Below are positions 1-9,849 of a stretch of DNA of 64,000 bases, piece after piece. The stretch lies in sequence record NC_054915.1; one strand, 5' to 3'. The notes below the pieces were generated by a model. It saw only the letters and a list, made by a program, of their open reading frames with translations. It did not search any database and was not told the origin of the DNA. Position 1 is the first letter of the stretch. Each line of letters starts with the position of its first letter. This DNA comes from Escherichia phage vB_EcoM_G8. The position numbers and the translations under genes were made by a program.

Positions 1-1362
1 CATTAAATTCTTCATCTAATGTAAACACATAATCCGCTTCCATTATTTTAAGATAATGGTTAATCTGCTTATTAAATAATGGAATGTACTTTTTAATAAT
101 AGCACCTTTAATACCAGAATCTTTGAGCATATCAGTCAAAATTCCTCGGTGGTATTTTTCCATTACTAAATTAGTTTTTGTCTTAACAATTTTATCAAGT
201 TCTTCTTGAAGCAGTGCTATTTCATCAGCATGGTCAATAAACTCAGAAGATGCTTTTTCTATAGCCGCTTTAACTTTTTTAGCTTTATCTACTGCTGCGA
301 TCAGAGATTGCTTTTTATTGCGAATATCATTTGCCAACGACTGCTGAGTTTTAATATTATCTCGGTATTCATCAACAAGAACTTTTAAATTATCACGATG
401 TGTTGAAAGCTGTTCAAACGAATGCGTGCATTCAGAAACTTTATCTTTAATTTTAGAAACAACTTTATCACCGGAACTCAATTGTGACAAACAGGTTGGA
501 CATAATCCACCTTCGTGATACATATTAATGACTTTATTATACGAGTCAATTTTTGATTTAATTAAAACTGCTTCTTGACCGATTTTATTAAATGCATCAG
601 TCGGGTCTTCATCTAAAACAATATTAACTAATCTTTCATTAGCTTCTTCTATTTCCGATTTTAGCGTTCTAGCTTCTTTTGCCAAATCATCATACATATT
701 TTGCAGACGAGTAAGGTTGTCACCAGTTAATTTTTTCTGGCGTTCAACATTATCATTATATATTTTAATTTGTTGGATAATACTATCTTTTTTAACATCA
801 AGCACTTGGTTTTGTGAATTTAATTCACGTATTAGTGCTTTATTAAGCTTATCCATTTCAGCTAATGTTCCTACCTCAAGCAGGTCTTCCACAAGCTTTC
901 TTCGTGCAGGGGTCGACAAACCCATGAAAGGGGTATACCCTGCTGTACCAAGGACAACAATCTGCTTGAAACTGGCATATGACATTCCGATAAGCTGTTC
1001 AAATTCTGCTTGGAAATCTTTACTGCTGGCAGATTCATTAAGACGTGTACCGTTAACGGTGATTTCAAAAACGTTCGGTTTTTGTCCTCTTTTGATATAG
1101 TACTTTTTCTCATCATATTCCATCCACAGTTCAACTAAAAGTTCTTTCTTATTTGTGCTGTTTATTAATTGACCTTTCTTTACATCACGAAATGGCTTGC
1201 CAAAAAGCCCAAATGTGATGGCTTCTAACATAGTAGACTTACCACCGCCATTTCGGCCAGTAATAAGAGTTTTTTGAACCTTATCTAATTGAATGTCAAT
1301 CCCATTTTGACCAACTGACATTATATTTTTATATTTTACTCTATTAAGTTTAAAATTCTTCA
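1..1362 (-). CDS. 46: Recombination nuclease ATPase subunit gp46 (SbcC/Rad50-like), partial; C-terminus lies beyond window start
   Basis: Hand translation of the minus strand is open from ~1362 to the window edge and contains Walker A GRNGGGKST followed by long coiled coil; lies directly downstream of gene 47. Start codon (probably GTG near 1362) uncertain. Confidence 0.8.
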
Positions 1363-1623
1363 CAAAAGATTCCTTTTAATGTATCTTTTAGACCATTCTA
1401 TCATATCATCATAATCTAAAAAGTATTCATCAAATTCAGCCATGCAAACAACACCTTGTGCTGCTTTTGATGTGATATAAATTATTCCAACATATCTAGA
1501 ATCTTCTTCGGTATAATCAATATTTGCTATGAATTCATCATTAATGTCAAATGTCGAAAACTTCACAGTATGCATCCTTAATACAAGATACAGCCATATC
1601 TCGTAATGATTTAGGCGTGTCAT
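1360..1623 (-). CDS. Hypothetical small protein between genes 47 and 46
   Basis: Minus-strand ORF (87 aa) in ORF track, packed between 47 and 46; no recognisable motif; start uncertain. Confidence 0.4.
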   Translation of the reverse strand: MTRLNHYEIWLYLVLRMHTVKFSTFDINDEFIANIDYTEEDSRYVGIIYITSKAAQGVVCMAEFDEYFLDYDDMIEWSKRYIKRNLL

Positions 1624-1810
1624 TATCTAAAATGTTGAAGTTAAAAGATACAGCCCAGTCAGTGCAGACTGTAACCTTTTTAATACAATTATCTTCAACC
1701 TCTAGTGGTTCAAACCAATATTCAATAATTTCTTTATGACCAATATCATCTTTTACTTCACATTCAAAATGCTGACTCATCACAACATTTTTAAATTCAT
1801 CAAAAGTCAT
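1547..1810 (-). CDS. Hypothetical small protein between genes 47 and 46
   Basis: Minus-strand ORF (87 aa); its start codon is immediately adjacent to the gene 47 stop codon (1807-1809); no motif. Confidence 0.4.
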   Translation of the reverse strand: MTFDEFKNVVMSQHFECEVKDDIGHKEIIEYWFEPLEVEDNCIKKVTVCTDWAVSFNFNILDNDTPKSLRDMAVSCIKDAYCEVFDI

Positions 1811-2826
1811 TGTGTTGCCTCTACATATAGCTGATTTGCATATTGAATAAGTGCTTCACGGTCAGAATCAGTGATGTCTGGAATTGCATTAATATACTCT
1901 TCCATCAACGTCTGAAGAGATTGAACTTCAACTTCTTCACTGTCATCTGACTCGACAGAGTTATCAATTTTTGACACAACTCGTAATGAATGCACAACTT
2001 TTTCTAGTTCAGATTCGAACTTCGTCAGATTTTTGTCTACCTCAGTTACTATAACACGTACTGATAGATTTGTAAAATCTTTATAGTCAATTTTTCCTTT
2101 AAATGGATAATGAATTCTACGATGCCAGGTAGTATTGTTTGGAATAAATTCCATTCGTTCTGTTTCTGTATCAAACATCCAGAACCCACGAGGGTCATTC
2201 TCGTCACCTGCAGTTAGTGTCCATGGTGTCCCAATATATCTGACGTTAGCAGCCTCAGAGATAGTATGGAAGTGACCAGACCACACTTCTTTATAAGTCT
2301 TAAGGAAATCAGGTTCAAGACCATGAGATTTCATTCCTTTATAAAAATAAAATCCGTTCAGTTCCCAGTGACCAACGCAAAAAGAAGCAGATGAAGTTTT
2401 GATGTGTTCAAGAATTTCACCAGTATTTTCTTCACACATCCAAGGAATTAAATCAATTAAACATCCGTCAAAATCTACTGTAGTAGGCTTATCATATACT
2501 TTAACATTAGGATATTTAGCCAAAAGCTCAGTAGAGGCATTTGGATGCATTACATTTTTGTAGTGGAGATCGTGATTTCCTACAATAGTATGTAATGTGA
2601 TTCCAGCATCATCAAGCATTTGAACTATTTCGCGAGCGAACTCCATAGTTTTATGCGTGATTGCTTTTCGCACATCAAAAATATCGCCGTATTGAATCCA
2701 TGTAGTAATTCCATTTTTCTTAGAATATTCTATTGCTTGTTTAATTCCATCAATTTGAATACCGCGAATCCACTCATCATCAGCTTTAACGCCTAAATGC
2801 CAATCACCTAAATTTAAAATTTTCAT
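1807..2826 (-). CDS. 47: Recombination nuclease subunit gp47 (Mre11/SbcD-like calcineurin-type phosphoesterase)
   Basis: 339 aa; metallophosphoesterase motifs (GDWH, GDIFD, GNHD, GHWE, GHFH); length and N-terminus match recalled T4 gp47. Confidence 0.9.
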   Translation of the reverse strand: MKILNLGDWHLGVKADDEWIRGIQIDGIKQAIEYSKKNGITTWIQYGDIFDVRKAITHKTMEFAREIVQMLDDAGITLHTIVGNHDLHYKNVMHPNASTELLAKYPNVKVYDKPTTVDFDGCLIDLIPWMCEENTGEILEHIKTSSASFCVGHWELNGFYFYKGMKSHGLEPDFLKTYKEVWSGHFHTISEAANVRYIGTPWTLTAGDENDPRGFWMFDTETERMEFIPNNTTWHRRIHYPFKGKIDYKDFTNLSVRVIVTEVDKNLTKFESELEKVVHSLRVVSKIDNSVESDDSEEVEVQSLQTLMEEYINAIPDITDSDREALIQYANQLYVEATQ

Positions 2827-3002
2827 ATATCAAGAACCGTCATTGAAATGCAAAATAAAATTATTGAAATAAATCCATCTGGAGTGCTAAAGAACCCAAT
2901 CCAACATGCTTTAGTGAATAGATAAAATGCAAGAAAAAGTATCACATATCCAAGAAATATCATTATATCAAACTCCGTATAAAGCTAAAGGGCCGAAGCC
3001 CT

Positions 3003-4205
3003 TTATTTTGTAATAATGTCAAACTGTTCTTTAAAGCAGAAGCTTGAATCTTGATGCTGATACAAAAATTCATAAGCTTTTTCGCGTTCACGGTCATAAA
3101 GAGTTCGGTCAGATGACAGTTCTTTAATACGCTCGAATGTTGATTCCATGTCATTTTCATCAAACCAAATGATACCGCTATCATGCGAGGTCAAAGGAGT
3201 ATTATCAACACGGAATTTTAAATTTTCGCCAGTAGATTTCCAAAATACCGGAATTGTTCCACATGCACCAAGCTCGAGATGAGTATATTCTAAAGAGCGC
3301 TGTAGATATTTTTTATCCAACTTACTCAACTGATAACCAAATCCGGATTTACTCATGCGTTCAAGCATTTCGCTATTTACATAACGGTCAAGAATTTGCG
3401 TTGGCAAATTAGGAGCAATTTTAATTTGGTCTACTTGATGAAGACGATAATACTCGTATGGAATTCCTTTTTCTTTAATAGGAATGAACGCTGGAGAACG
3501 TTCCAGACCTTCCATAATAGTACTTAGTCCTGCAGGTTTAAGATGTTTTTCATGAAAATCAAACATCTGATAAAAACCTTTCCATGTAGTCGTACGACCA
3601 ATCCAACGGTTGATATTCATGTTAATTTCAGAAACATCTTTCCAGTAGGTTGATCGAACCTTCGCAATATCCATAGGAGGCTGAAAGTTGTATACAGTCG
3701 GTGCTTCTTCAATATCATCAAACAGAGAAACTGTTTCTGGATACCATTCTTTCATCAGAACTTTATTAAAATCGCCATTATCAGAATGACTAAAAATAAC
3801 ATCAGCTCGACGAACAGTTTCTTCTAATCCCAAATTTCGGCGCAAAGAAAGAGAAGAATGGTCATGTTGATAAACTACAACACGAACCGAAGGTTTAATG
3901 TTATCAATAATTTTTTTATAGTTATTAATAGTGTCTTCTTCAACTGAAGTAGCAGGAACTGAATTGATAATTAGAATATCACAATCATTTACCAGCTTAA
4001 GTGTTTTATCGTATTCTTTTGCCAATAAAACCGGAATTGAAAATGATTTATAATCATGCGCACAGTTACGAGTAAATGATTTATCTTTAGCATAAACCAA
4101 AGTTACTTCATGACCATTTTTAATAAACCAATCACGCTGCTCAAGAGAAAATTTAGTTACACCGCAACCTTCAAGACCCCGAGCCATAAAAATGCAAATA
4201 CGCAT
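3003..4205 (-). CDS. agt: DNA alpha-glucosyltransferase
   Basis: 400 aa from ATG at 4205 (ORF track start at 4226 is an upstream TTG); AAGAGGAAA Shine-Dalgarno; N-terminus MRICIFMARGLEGCGVTKF matches recalled T4 a-gt. Confidence 0.9.
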   Translation of the reverse strand: MRICIFMARGLEGCGVTKFSLEQRDWFIKNGHEVTLVYAKDKSFTRNCAHDYKSFSIPVLLAKEYDKTLKLVNDCDILIINSVPATSVEEDTINNYKKIIDNIKPSVRVVVYQHDHSSLSLRRNLGLEETVRRADVIFSHSDNGDFNKVLMKEWYPETVSLFDDIEEAPTVYNFQPPMDIAKVRSTYWKDVSEINMNINRWIGRTTTWKGFYQMFDFHEKHLKPAGLSTIMEGLERSPAFIPIKEKGIPYEYYRLHQVDQIKIAPNLPTQILDRYVNSEMLERMSKSGFGYQLSKLDKKYLQRSLEYTHLELGACGTIPVFWKSTGENLKFRVDNTPLTSHDSGIIWFDENDMESTFERIKELSSDRTLYDREREKAYEFLYQHQDSSFCFKEQFDIITK

Positions 4206-4263
4206 AGTTTTCCTCTTTTCATTCAATAAATCATGTAAATAATATTTTATTTTCTATAAAACG

Positions 4264-5058
4264 CTACGAATAGGCCCAAACATATCCATAAGCAATTTTG
4301 CTTTTTCCAGATATGCACTTTTTAATATTAGACATGCATCCTTTAACGGATACAGCTGCGTCTTTAATTTTAGGAAATACTCGTAATAATTTTCCAGTAG
4401 TATCATATTGAAATACTGGCACATTTCTTTTCTGAGTTATCCCACGTTTAGATTTAGACATTTTTTGTTTAGTTGCATTAGACATCCTAGAGGGCTTTCC
4501 TATGTTATCAGAATAATAATATTTCCATTGAAATCCTCCAGCGGTTTTCCTTTTCCCATCTACACATTGTTTAATTGAACTTGAACAGCTATATGACATA
4601 TCTTCTGCAGCATCTGTAATACATCTATATTTGCGAATAAAATTTCCATTTAAATCATATTGATAAATTGGTTTTCCAGCATTTCGTCTAGCGTTAGACA
4701 TGTATTTTTTATTATCATCATCTTTCCAGAACTCTTTCATGCCTTCCGATATTGAGGAAGATACGGCTGTTTTAATCCATCCATACATTTTATTATTTAG
4801 TCTTGTTCCGTCAGAACTATAACACATCATACGAATAGCTAAAGCCAATTTAGGAAGTCTATAAATTTTAAATAATAATAAATGCGCGGTAAAATGTTCT
4901 TCTGGTGTCAAAAGAACTAAATTAGTTTTATCATCTGTACCACCCATACATCTAGGAATTATATGATGAGTTTCAGTATAGTATGTTAAAAGACTTTTAT
5001 CATTGCCTCTGTTTAGTCCTTTTTCGATCAGTAAATTATATATGTTTAAATAATTCAT
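4264..5058 (-). CDS. HNH homing endonuclease-like protein (Mob-type)
   Basis: 264 aa; HNH motif HHIIPRCMGGTDDKTNLVLLTPEEH near N-terminus, then repeated NUMOD/IENR-like DNA-binding modules (GGFQWKY, GYVWAY). Confidence 0.7.
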   Translation of the reverse strand: MNYLNIYNLLIEKGLNRGNDKSLLTYYTETHHIIPRCMGGTDDKTNLVLLTPEEHFTAHLLLFKIYRLPKLALAIRMMCYSSDGTRLNNKMYGWIKTAVSSSISEGMKEFWKDDDNKKYMSNARRNAGKPIYQYDLNGNFIRKYRCITDAAEDMSYSCSSSIKQCVDGKRKTAGGFQWKYYYSDNIGKPSRMSNATKQKMSKSKRGITQKRNVPVFQYDTTGKLLRVFPKIKDAAVSVKGCMSNIKKCISGKSKIAYGYVWAYS

Positions 5059-5456
5059 TTTAATTATTTTACCAAAAATTTATAAAGCAATATAGGAGCC
5101 GAAACTCCTATCCGCATAATACGCCATACAAAGGCTCGTTAGAGCTTCTAAATTTTATACGCTTATATGTTATAGTTCCTTCTGCTTTAGCTTTATCATG
5201 AGACTCTTTAAAGCGTCTCATCATTTCTACTTTAGAGGAACGAATTTTATTATAATCTATTTCAGAAGTTTGGGTGTTCATCTTTCACAGTTGCCACCAA
5301 TTTTTGACTTGATAAGAATCAACCCACACTTTCATATTAGGGTCTGCTCTTACAATAGGAGGATTAACTTCTTTAATTGAACTATCATGGTATTCTTTTT
5401 CAGAAATTTTCACACAAAGATGACCATTCAAAGATTCAGTAAATCCTGCATTAATT

Positions 5457-5774
5457 TTAAGACGCTTGAATTTTACGTGTGTAAGCATCAATCATATCCT
5501 CAATCTGCGATCTAGTAGTCTTCCAAAGAATACTGATGAGTTCATCGTTATATGGCTGTTTTAGAATATCCCGACTTTTCTTGATAGCATATTCGTATTG
5601 AGCAAAATTATTATTTTCAGCTGCAATCTGAGCGTGCTTATAAAGACGATTCAGTTCGCGTTTGTTTTTAGACAATAACTTATTTGCTTTTCTTTCTGCT
5701 TCAAGACGGTTCTTTTCTTCAATAGAAGAAATAAGCTTTTCCACTTCATCATTAATTTCGGGTTTATCAGTCAT
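5457..5774 (-). CDS. Hypothetical protein
   Basis: Minus-strand ORF 105 aa, lysine-rich helical; no motif recognised. Confidence 0.45.
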   Translation of the reverse strand: MTDKPEINDEVEKLISSIEEKNRLEAERKANKLLSKNKRELNRLYKHAQIAAENNNFAQYEYAIKKSRDILKQPYNDELISILWKTTRSQIEDMIDAYTRKIQAS

Positions 5775-5775
5775 A

Positions 5776-6021
5776 TTATTTCTCTAATATAAAATAAAAA
5801 TCATCATCTGTTAAATGATACCGATAGTTTAATTCTACACCATTAGATTTAAAAGCGGTATCATACGGATTTTCTGGATCAATATCAATGTCAAGAGCTA
5901 AAACTTCCCTGAGATACATTTTAAGTAAATAGGGAATAGCTTCAACTTCAGGTATTTCTTCCAAGAATCCGGAGAGGTTAATCGTTAGCCTCATATAAAA
6001 AATCCAAACTAGGAGAATCAT
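5776..6021 (-). CDS. Hypothetical protein
   Basis: Minus-strand ORF 81 aa immediately downstream of gene 55; start uncertain (overlaps 55 3-prime end in ORF track). Confidence 0.4.
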
Positions 6022-6535
6022 CTACAACACTTTTCTTTTCAGCCCCCGGTGTTCTATAGGTTGATTCTTCGTAATGCGTCATTTTATCGTAGATGTCTTG
6101 AATAAAAGTTTCATCTACTAACGCAACCATATCGTCGTCACGACTGTCATAGACATTGTGAACGAAGTAACTATATTTCTTTGCAACTTCCTTACGTTCT
6201 TTTTTAATACGTTGGACGAATGCATTAAAACAAGCTTGAGTTATATACGCATGTGGGTTTTTATATTTCGTTTCATCAAAATTATGAAGCCCCTTAATAG
6301 AAGCTTCTATACCATCTGCAATCATTTCTTGTTTCCAAGACTGGGTGTATCCTGAAAAGTTGAAACGTTTAGATAAGCCTTCTGCAATAAGCATAATGGC
6401 TAATCCGATAGTATCATTCTGACGAACTACTTTATTTGGGTCTTTATTATTTGCTAATTCTGTTTTCCAATCAATAATAGCCTGTAAAAGCTCTTTATTG
6501 TTTACGTAATTATATTTAGGCTTAGTTTCTGACAT
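5978..6535 (-). CDS. 55: Late-transcription sigma factor gp55
   Basis: 185 aa from ATG 6535 with AAGAGGTGAAA Shine-Dalgarno; N-terminus [24 protein letters not shown] matches recalled T4 gp55. Confidence 0.9.
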
Positions 6536-6613
6536 TTTCACCTCTTAGCTCAATTCATAGATCTATTATATCATAATATTTGAAGATCTATCTTAAAGCA
6601 TAGAGGATATCAG

Positions 6614-6883
6614 TTATCTAAGTAAGCAGTATGCTTGGAACACTTTCTCCATCATCTTTTTAAATTCATGAATATCTATGTAATGATCATTAATATCAGC
6701 GCGATATAAAAAGTCTAAAAACTTTTTATGGGTATTAGAATATTTACTTCCAGTTAATTCAGAAACATGGCTTTCCCAATATCCAACACCAGTTTTATTT
6801 GGGAAAAATGAAATTTTCATGTATTGGTCAACATAGAAAATACCAAAATTTTCAATAGCAATAGAAATATTAATTAATTTCAT
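6614..6883 (-). CDS. Hypothetical protein
   Basis: Minus-strand ORF 89 aa; no motif. Confidence 0.45.
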   Translation of the reverse strand: MKLINISIAIENFGIFYVDQYMKISFFPNKTGVGYWESHVSELTGSKYSNTHKKFLDFLYRADINDHYIDIHEFKKMMEKVFQAYCLLR

Positions 6884-7095
6884 ACATTCATCAACTTAGC
6901 CGCTTCAAGAGCTGCATCTAGTGAATCAAATTGGTCAACATATTCAATCAATTCGCCGTAATTGGCATATAACCACCATTGGCTAAATTCATACTCAAGG
7001 ATGAATCCATTTCCTTCAATTTGAGTTAAACCAATGCCATTTGTATTTACTTCATATCCAGCAAGACGCAAATCGTTAATAAGAGCTTCGTTCAT
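6880..7095 (-). CDS. Hypothetical protein
   Basis: Minus-strand ORF 71 aa, 4-nt overlap with downstream ORF (translational coupling). Confidence 0.45.
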   Translation of the reverse strand: MNEALINDLRLAGYEVNTNGIGLTQIEGNGFILEYEFSQWWLYANYGELIEYVDQFDSLDAALEAAKLMNV

Positions 7096-7097
7096 AA

Positions 7098-7424
7098 TTA
7101 TACCTTAGTAATTTTCAGGTCTGCAAATTTTTTCTTGCGTTGATTTTTCATACGACGAATAGTTTTATCGGAAATTTCATGCTTTTGATAAGCTTTAGAT
7201 TCTACGCCAAAAGCTTTAACATCAAATTCTGACAAGATATATTGAACCAACAATTCACGGACAGTGTTGCGTCCAATCTTCTGATCATTCTGTTTCATCA
7301 TTTGATGAAGCTCTTTTTCCCATTTATCCAAAATTTGAGGAGTTACAATATCGCCTTTTTCTAGCAAAGAAACTACTTTATCATATGCGTAAGAATTAAT
7401 GACGTTTTTAATTTGAATAGTCAT
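7098..7424 (-). CDS. Hypothetical protein with basic C-terminal tail
   Basis: Minus-strand ORF 108 aa. Confidence 0.45.
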   Translation of the reverse strand: MTIQIKNVINSYAYDKVVSLLEKGDIVTPQILDKWEKELHQMMKQNDQKIGRNTVRELLVQYILSEFDVKAFGVESKAYQKHEISDKTIRRMKNQRKKKFADLKITKV

Positions 7425-7460
7425 ACATTATCCTCAATTACGTTAAAATTTTATTATCCA

Positions 7461-7482
7461 AAAAAGGGCCGAAGCCCTTAGC
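7461..7482 (-). terminator. Rho-independent terminator
   Basis: Minus strand AAGGGC-UUCG-GCCCUU hairpin followed by UUUUUU. Confidence 0.6.
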
Positions 7483-7678
7483 TAAACTTTTTGGCACCCT
7501 TCCAGCCTTCGTACATCATTGCGGCTGATATTAATATTGCTCCTGAGCAACTTGAATATTTGTGATTCCAAAACCAGTTTAGAAAAACTTCGTCATCAAT
7601 ACCTTGTGCTATCATATTTTCAAAGAACTGACGACGAGCTTCAGCAATTCGCTGCGATAATTTAGATTCAGGATTCAT
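7478..7678 (-). CDS. Hypothetical protein
   Basis: Minus-strand ORF 66 aa; stop codon lies inside a terminator hairpin. Confidence 0.4.
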   Translation of the reverse strand: MNPESKLSQRIAEARRQFFENMIAQGIDDEVFLNWFWNHKYSSCSGAILISAAMMYEGWKGAKKFS

Positions 7679-7894
7679 TTAAATTTTCCAGTTACCGTTT
7701 TCATCAATAAATTTAATCCAGTCATTTACTGACCACTTGGTCGTATCGCCTTTTGGAGCAATATTTAAAGTGTATAATCCTTGTTTAAAAAGCATTCGTT
7801 TGATATTCATATTTTCCTCAGCTGTAACGATAACACTCGTTTGATTTACGTTTAGCAACTCGTTGAGAAGTATTATAATCAAAATCATCGTCAA
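7679..7894 (-). CDS. Hypothetical protein
   Basis: Minus-strand ORF 71 aa. Confidence 0.4.
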   Translation of the reverse strand: MTMILIIILLNELLNVNQTSVIVTAEENMNIKRMLFKQGLYTLNIAPKGDTTKWSVNDWIKFIDENGNWKI

Positions 7895-8110
7895 TGTAAA
7901 CTGATTTTTTCAACTTTCTTACTTCACCACGTAATTGGCGATTTAGCTCATCTTTAACTTCTGAATCAATACCTTTCATTCTACGCCATTTATCTGAGCG
8001 AAAAATGTTTTCAACCATATCTTTATGACTTACACCATCAGGAGCTTTACGCTTTCCGAAATAGTCATAATCACGTACTTTTAAATCTTTACGACGATAC
8101 GTTTTACCCA
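7818..8110 (-). CDS. Hypothetical basic protein
   Basis: ATG at 8110 preceded by AAGGAAA; 97 aa; ORF-track start at 8156 is an upstream GTG. Confidence 0.45.
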
Positions 8111-8310
8111 TGGAGTTTAATTTCCTTAGCAACTGAACTAAATACAGCACGATCACAAACCATGCGTTTGTTCCATTTAATCACAGTATAATGAACATCT
8201 AGATCATCGACTGCTGTAACAATAACGATATGTCCGTTAACACGATAGTACTGGTCAATTTTAATCTCTTTATCAACCATATCAATTCCTCAAAGGTAAT
8301 TCATATGTTA

Positions 8311-8340
8311 ATAATACCACGGTTTGAACTTGTTGTAAAC
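8311..8340 (-). promoter_or_regulatory. T4 early (sigma70-type) promoter
   Basis: Minus strand GTTTAC -35, extended -10 TGGTATTAT, A/T-rich upstream element. Confidence 0.55.
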
Positions 8341-8438
8341 AACTTTGTGAAAAATATTTTAGGGAATGATAAGAAAGGAACGATAGCTTAGAATGGTAAT
8401 ATACAGAATGTGAGAAAGAAAGGCCCAGAGGGCCCGTC

Positions 8439-8747
8439 TTAATCTTCTATGATATCTCTATCATATCCAAGTGAAATGAGAGTTTCTTTGAAGTGTTTAA
8501 TGTTCTTTTGTCTAGAATCATTAATGAAAATGACTGGATAACGAATGTTAAGAGATGTGAATCCAGCGCGTTTAGCAAGAGATACAATCAGTGGACGATC
8601 ATACTCAATCTTACCGTTATTTGTAAGAACTTTATAGAAAGTAAAAGGAGCATTGAGCTCCTTTAGAAGTTTTGTAACTGATTGACATCCAGGACAACGA
8701 CCTACTTCATCTGGAATTCCATAGACTTCAATCTTATTCTTTAAGTT
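8439..8747 (-). CDS. Glutaredoxin/NrdH-like redoxin
   Basis: CPGC redox motif in a glutaredoxin-like segment (KIEVYGIPDEVGRCPGCQ); probable GTG start near 8747 after AAGGAA; the ORF-track N-terminal extension overlaps the upstream gene. Confidence 0.6.
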   Translation of the reverse strand, partial: NLKNKIEVYGIPDEVGRCPGCQSVTKLLKELNAPFTFYKVLTNNGKIEYDRPLIVSLAKRAGFTSLNIRYPVIFINDSRQKNIKHFKETLISLGYDRDIIED

Positions 8748-9045
8748 CGAGTTTTGTTCCACGAGAAATAATTCCTTGGTAAGCCCAATAAGGAGGATTA
8801 ACAGAATCCTCACCAGAGTTTTCTTCAGGAAAATAAACCTGGATAACAAATCCAGACGCATCAAAGGTAAAATAAACCGTAGGTAGTTCACCTAACAATT
8901 CGGCACGAGTATTAATTTCTTCGAGATCTCGTTCACGTCCAGCCCAAAAACTAGGATTTAGACTACATTCGTAAAAATAATAGTCATTACCGAACATATC
9001 AAAACCCTTCCAACTCTCTACCACATACCGCTCAAAACTAATCAT
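8734..9045 (-). CDS. Hypothetical protein
   Basis: Minus-strand ORF 103 aa. Confidence 0.45.
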   Translation of the reverse strand: MISFERYVVESWKGFDMFGNDYYFYECSLNPSFWAGRERDLEEINTRAELLGELPTVYFTFDASGFVIQVYFPEENSGEDSVNPPYWAYQGIISRGTKLELKE

Positions 9046-9047
9046 AA

Positions 9048-9263
9048 TTAAGCCTTTTTATCAAGAACAGAATTCAGCTTGTTAGTAATTTTATCCAGAC
9101 GCTCATTGAACTCACTAGAAGATAAGCCCTTTTCTGGAGAAATCAAACTAATCACGAAAAATATAGCAATAAAAGGAATAAGGAAAATAGCTCCAACTGC
9201 CATAAACAAAAAGAATGTTACAGTTGTAAGAAAATCAGCTAAACCTTTACGAAATTTATACAT
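9048..9263 (-). CDS. Small membrane protein
   Basis: 71 aa with one long hydrophobic segment (FLTTVTFFLFMAVGAIFLIPFIAIFFVISLI). Confidence 0.45.
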   Translation of the reverse strand: MYKFRKGLADFLTTVTFFLFMAVGAIFLIPFIAIFFVISLISPEKGLSSSEFNERLDKITNKLNSVLDKKA

Positions 9264-9378
9264 ATTTTACCCTTAATTGATTAACCAAGCATTGATAAGC
9301 ACTAAACTATATTGCGAATAAAATTCTGGACCAAAATGAAAAATCATATCATTTATAGTATCCATAATGCAATTCAAT

Positions 9379-9849
9379 TTAATCATGTTTCCACACCCCA
9401 TCGGTATTTGACCAAAGTCGCTGATTATCTGATCCTCGCCACAGCTTTTTAGTCGGAAGATTTTTCTCATACTTCCCATCAATAATAACATCAACATATT
9501 TAAGCATTTCTAGTTGTTTAATATCTTCAAACTTATATCCTGCCCACAACCAAATGCTTTTATTGGGATAAAGATTTTTAATAGTTTGAACCACAGAGTG
9601 AATCACGTCTCTGTTATCAGGATAAAGAGGGTCACCTCCGGTTATAGTCAATCCTTCTATATAATCATTATTCAAACATTCAATTAATTGTTCTAGTGTT
9701 TCACCAGTGAATGGAATACCATTTCTAGCATTCCATGTTGATTTATTATAACACCCTTCACATTTATGCAAACAACCCGTAACGAAAAGAACGACCCTGC
9801 AACCAGGGCCATTCACAAAATCGCAAGGATAAAATCTATCGTAATTCAT
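9379..9849 (-). CDS. nrdG: Anaerobic ribonucleotide reductase activase (radical SAM)
   Basis: 156 aa; CxxxCxxC radical-SAM cluster motif (GCLHKCEGCYN); sits directly downstream of nrdD with stop/start overlap. Confidence 0.9.
   Translation of the reverse strand: MNYDRFYPCDFVNGPGCRVVLFVTGCLHKCEGCYNKSTWNARNGIPFTGETLEQLIECLNNDYIEGLTITGGDPLYPDNRDVIHSVVQTIKNLYPNKSIWLWAGYKFEDIKQLEMLKYVDVIIDGKYEKNLPTKKLWRGSDNQRLWSNTDGVWKHD

Noticed and set aside
871-1134. 87-aa minus-strand ORF inside the gene 46 region
   Set aside because: Out of frame with the long gp46 reading frame that spans 1-1362; treated as a shadow ORF.
2963-3184. 73-aa minus-strand ORF between 47 and a-gt
   Set aside because: Most of it overlaps the 3-prime end of a-gt in another frame; only a terminator-like hairpin (2987-3003) is supported in the intergenic gap.
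9273-9497. 74-aa minus-strand ORF overlapping the 3-prime end of nrdG
   Set aside because: Overlaps nrdG by about 120 nt in another frame with no motif support; at most a very short downstream peptide could be real.
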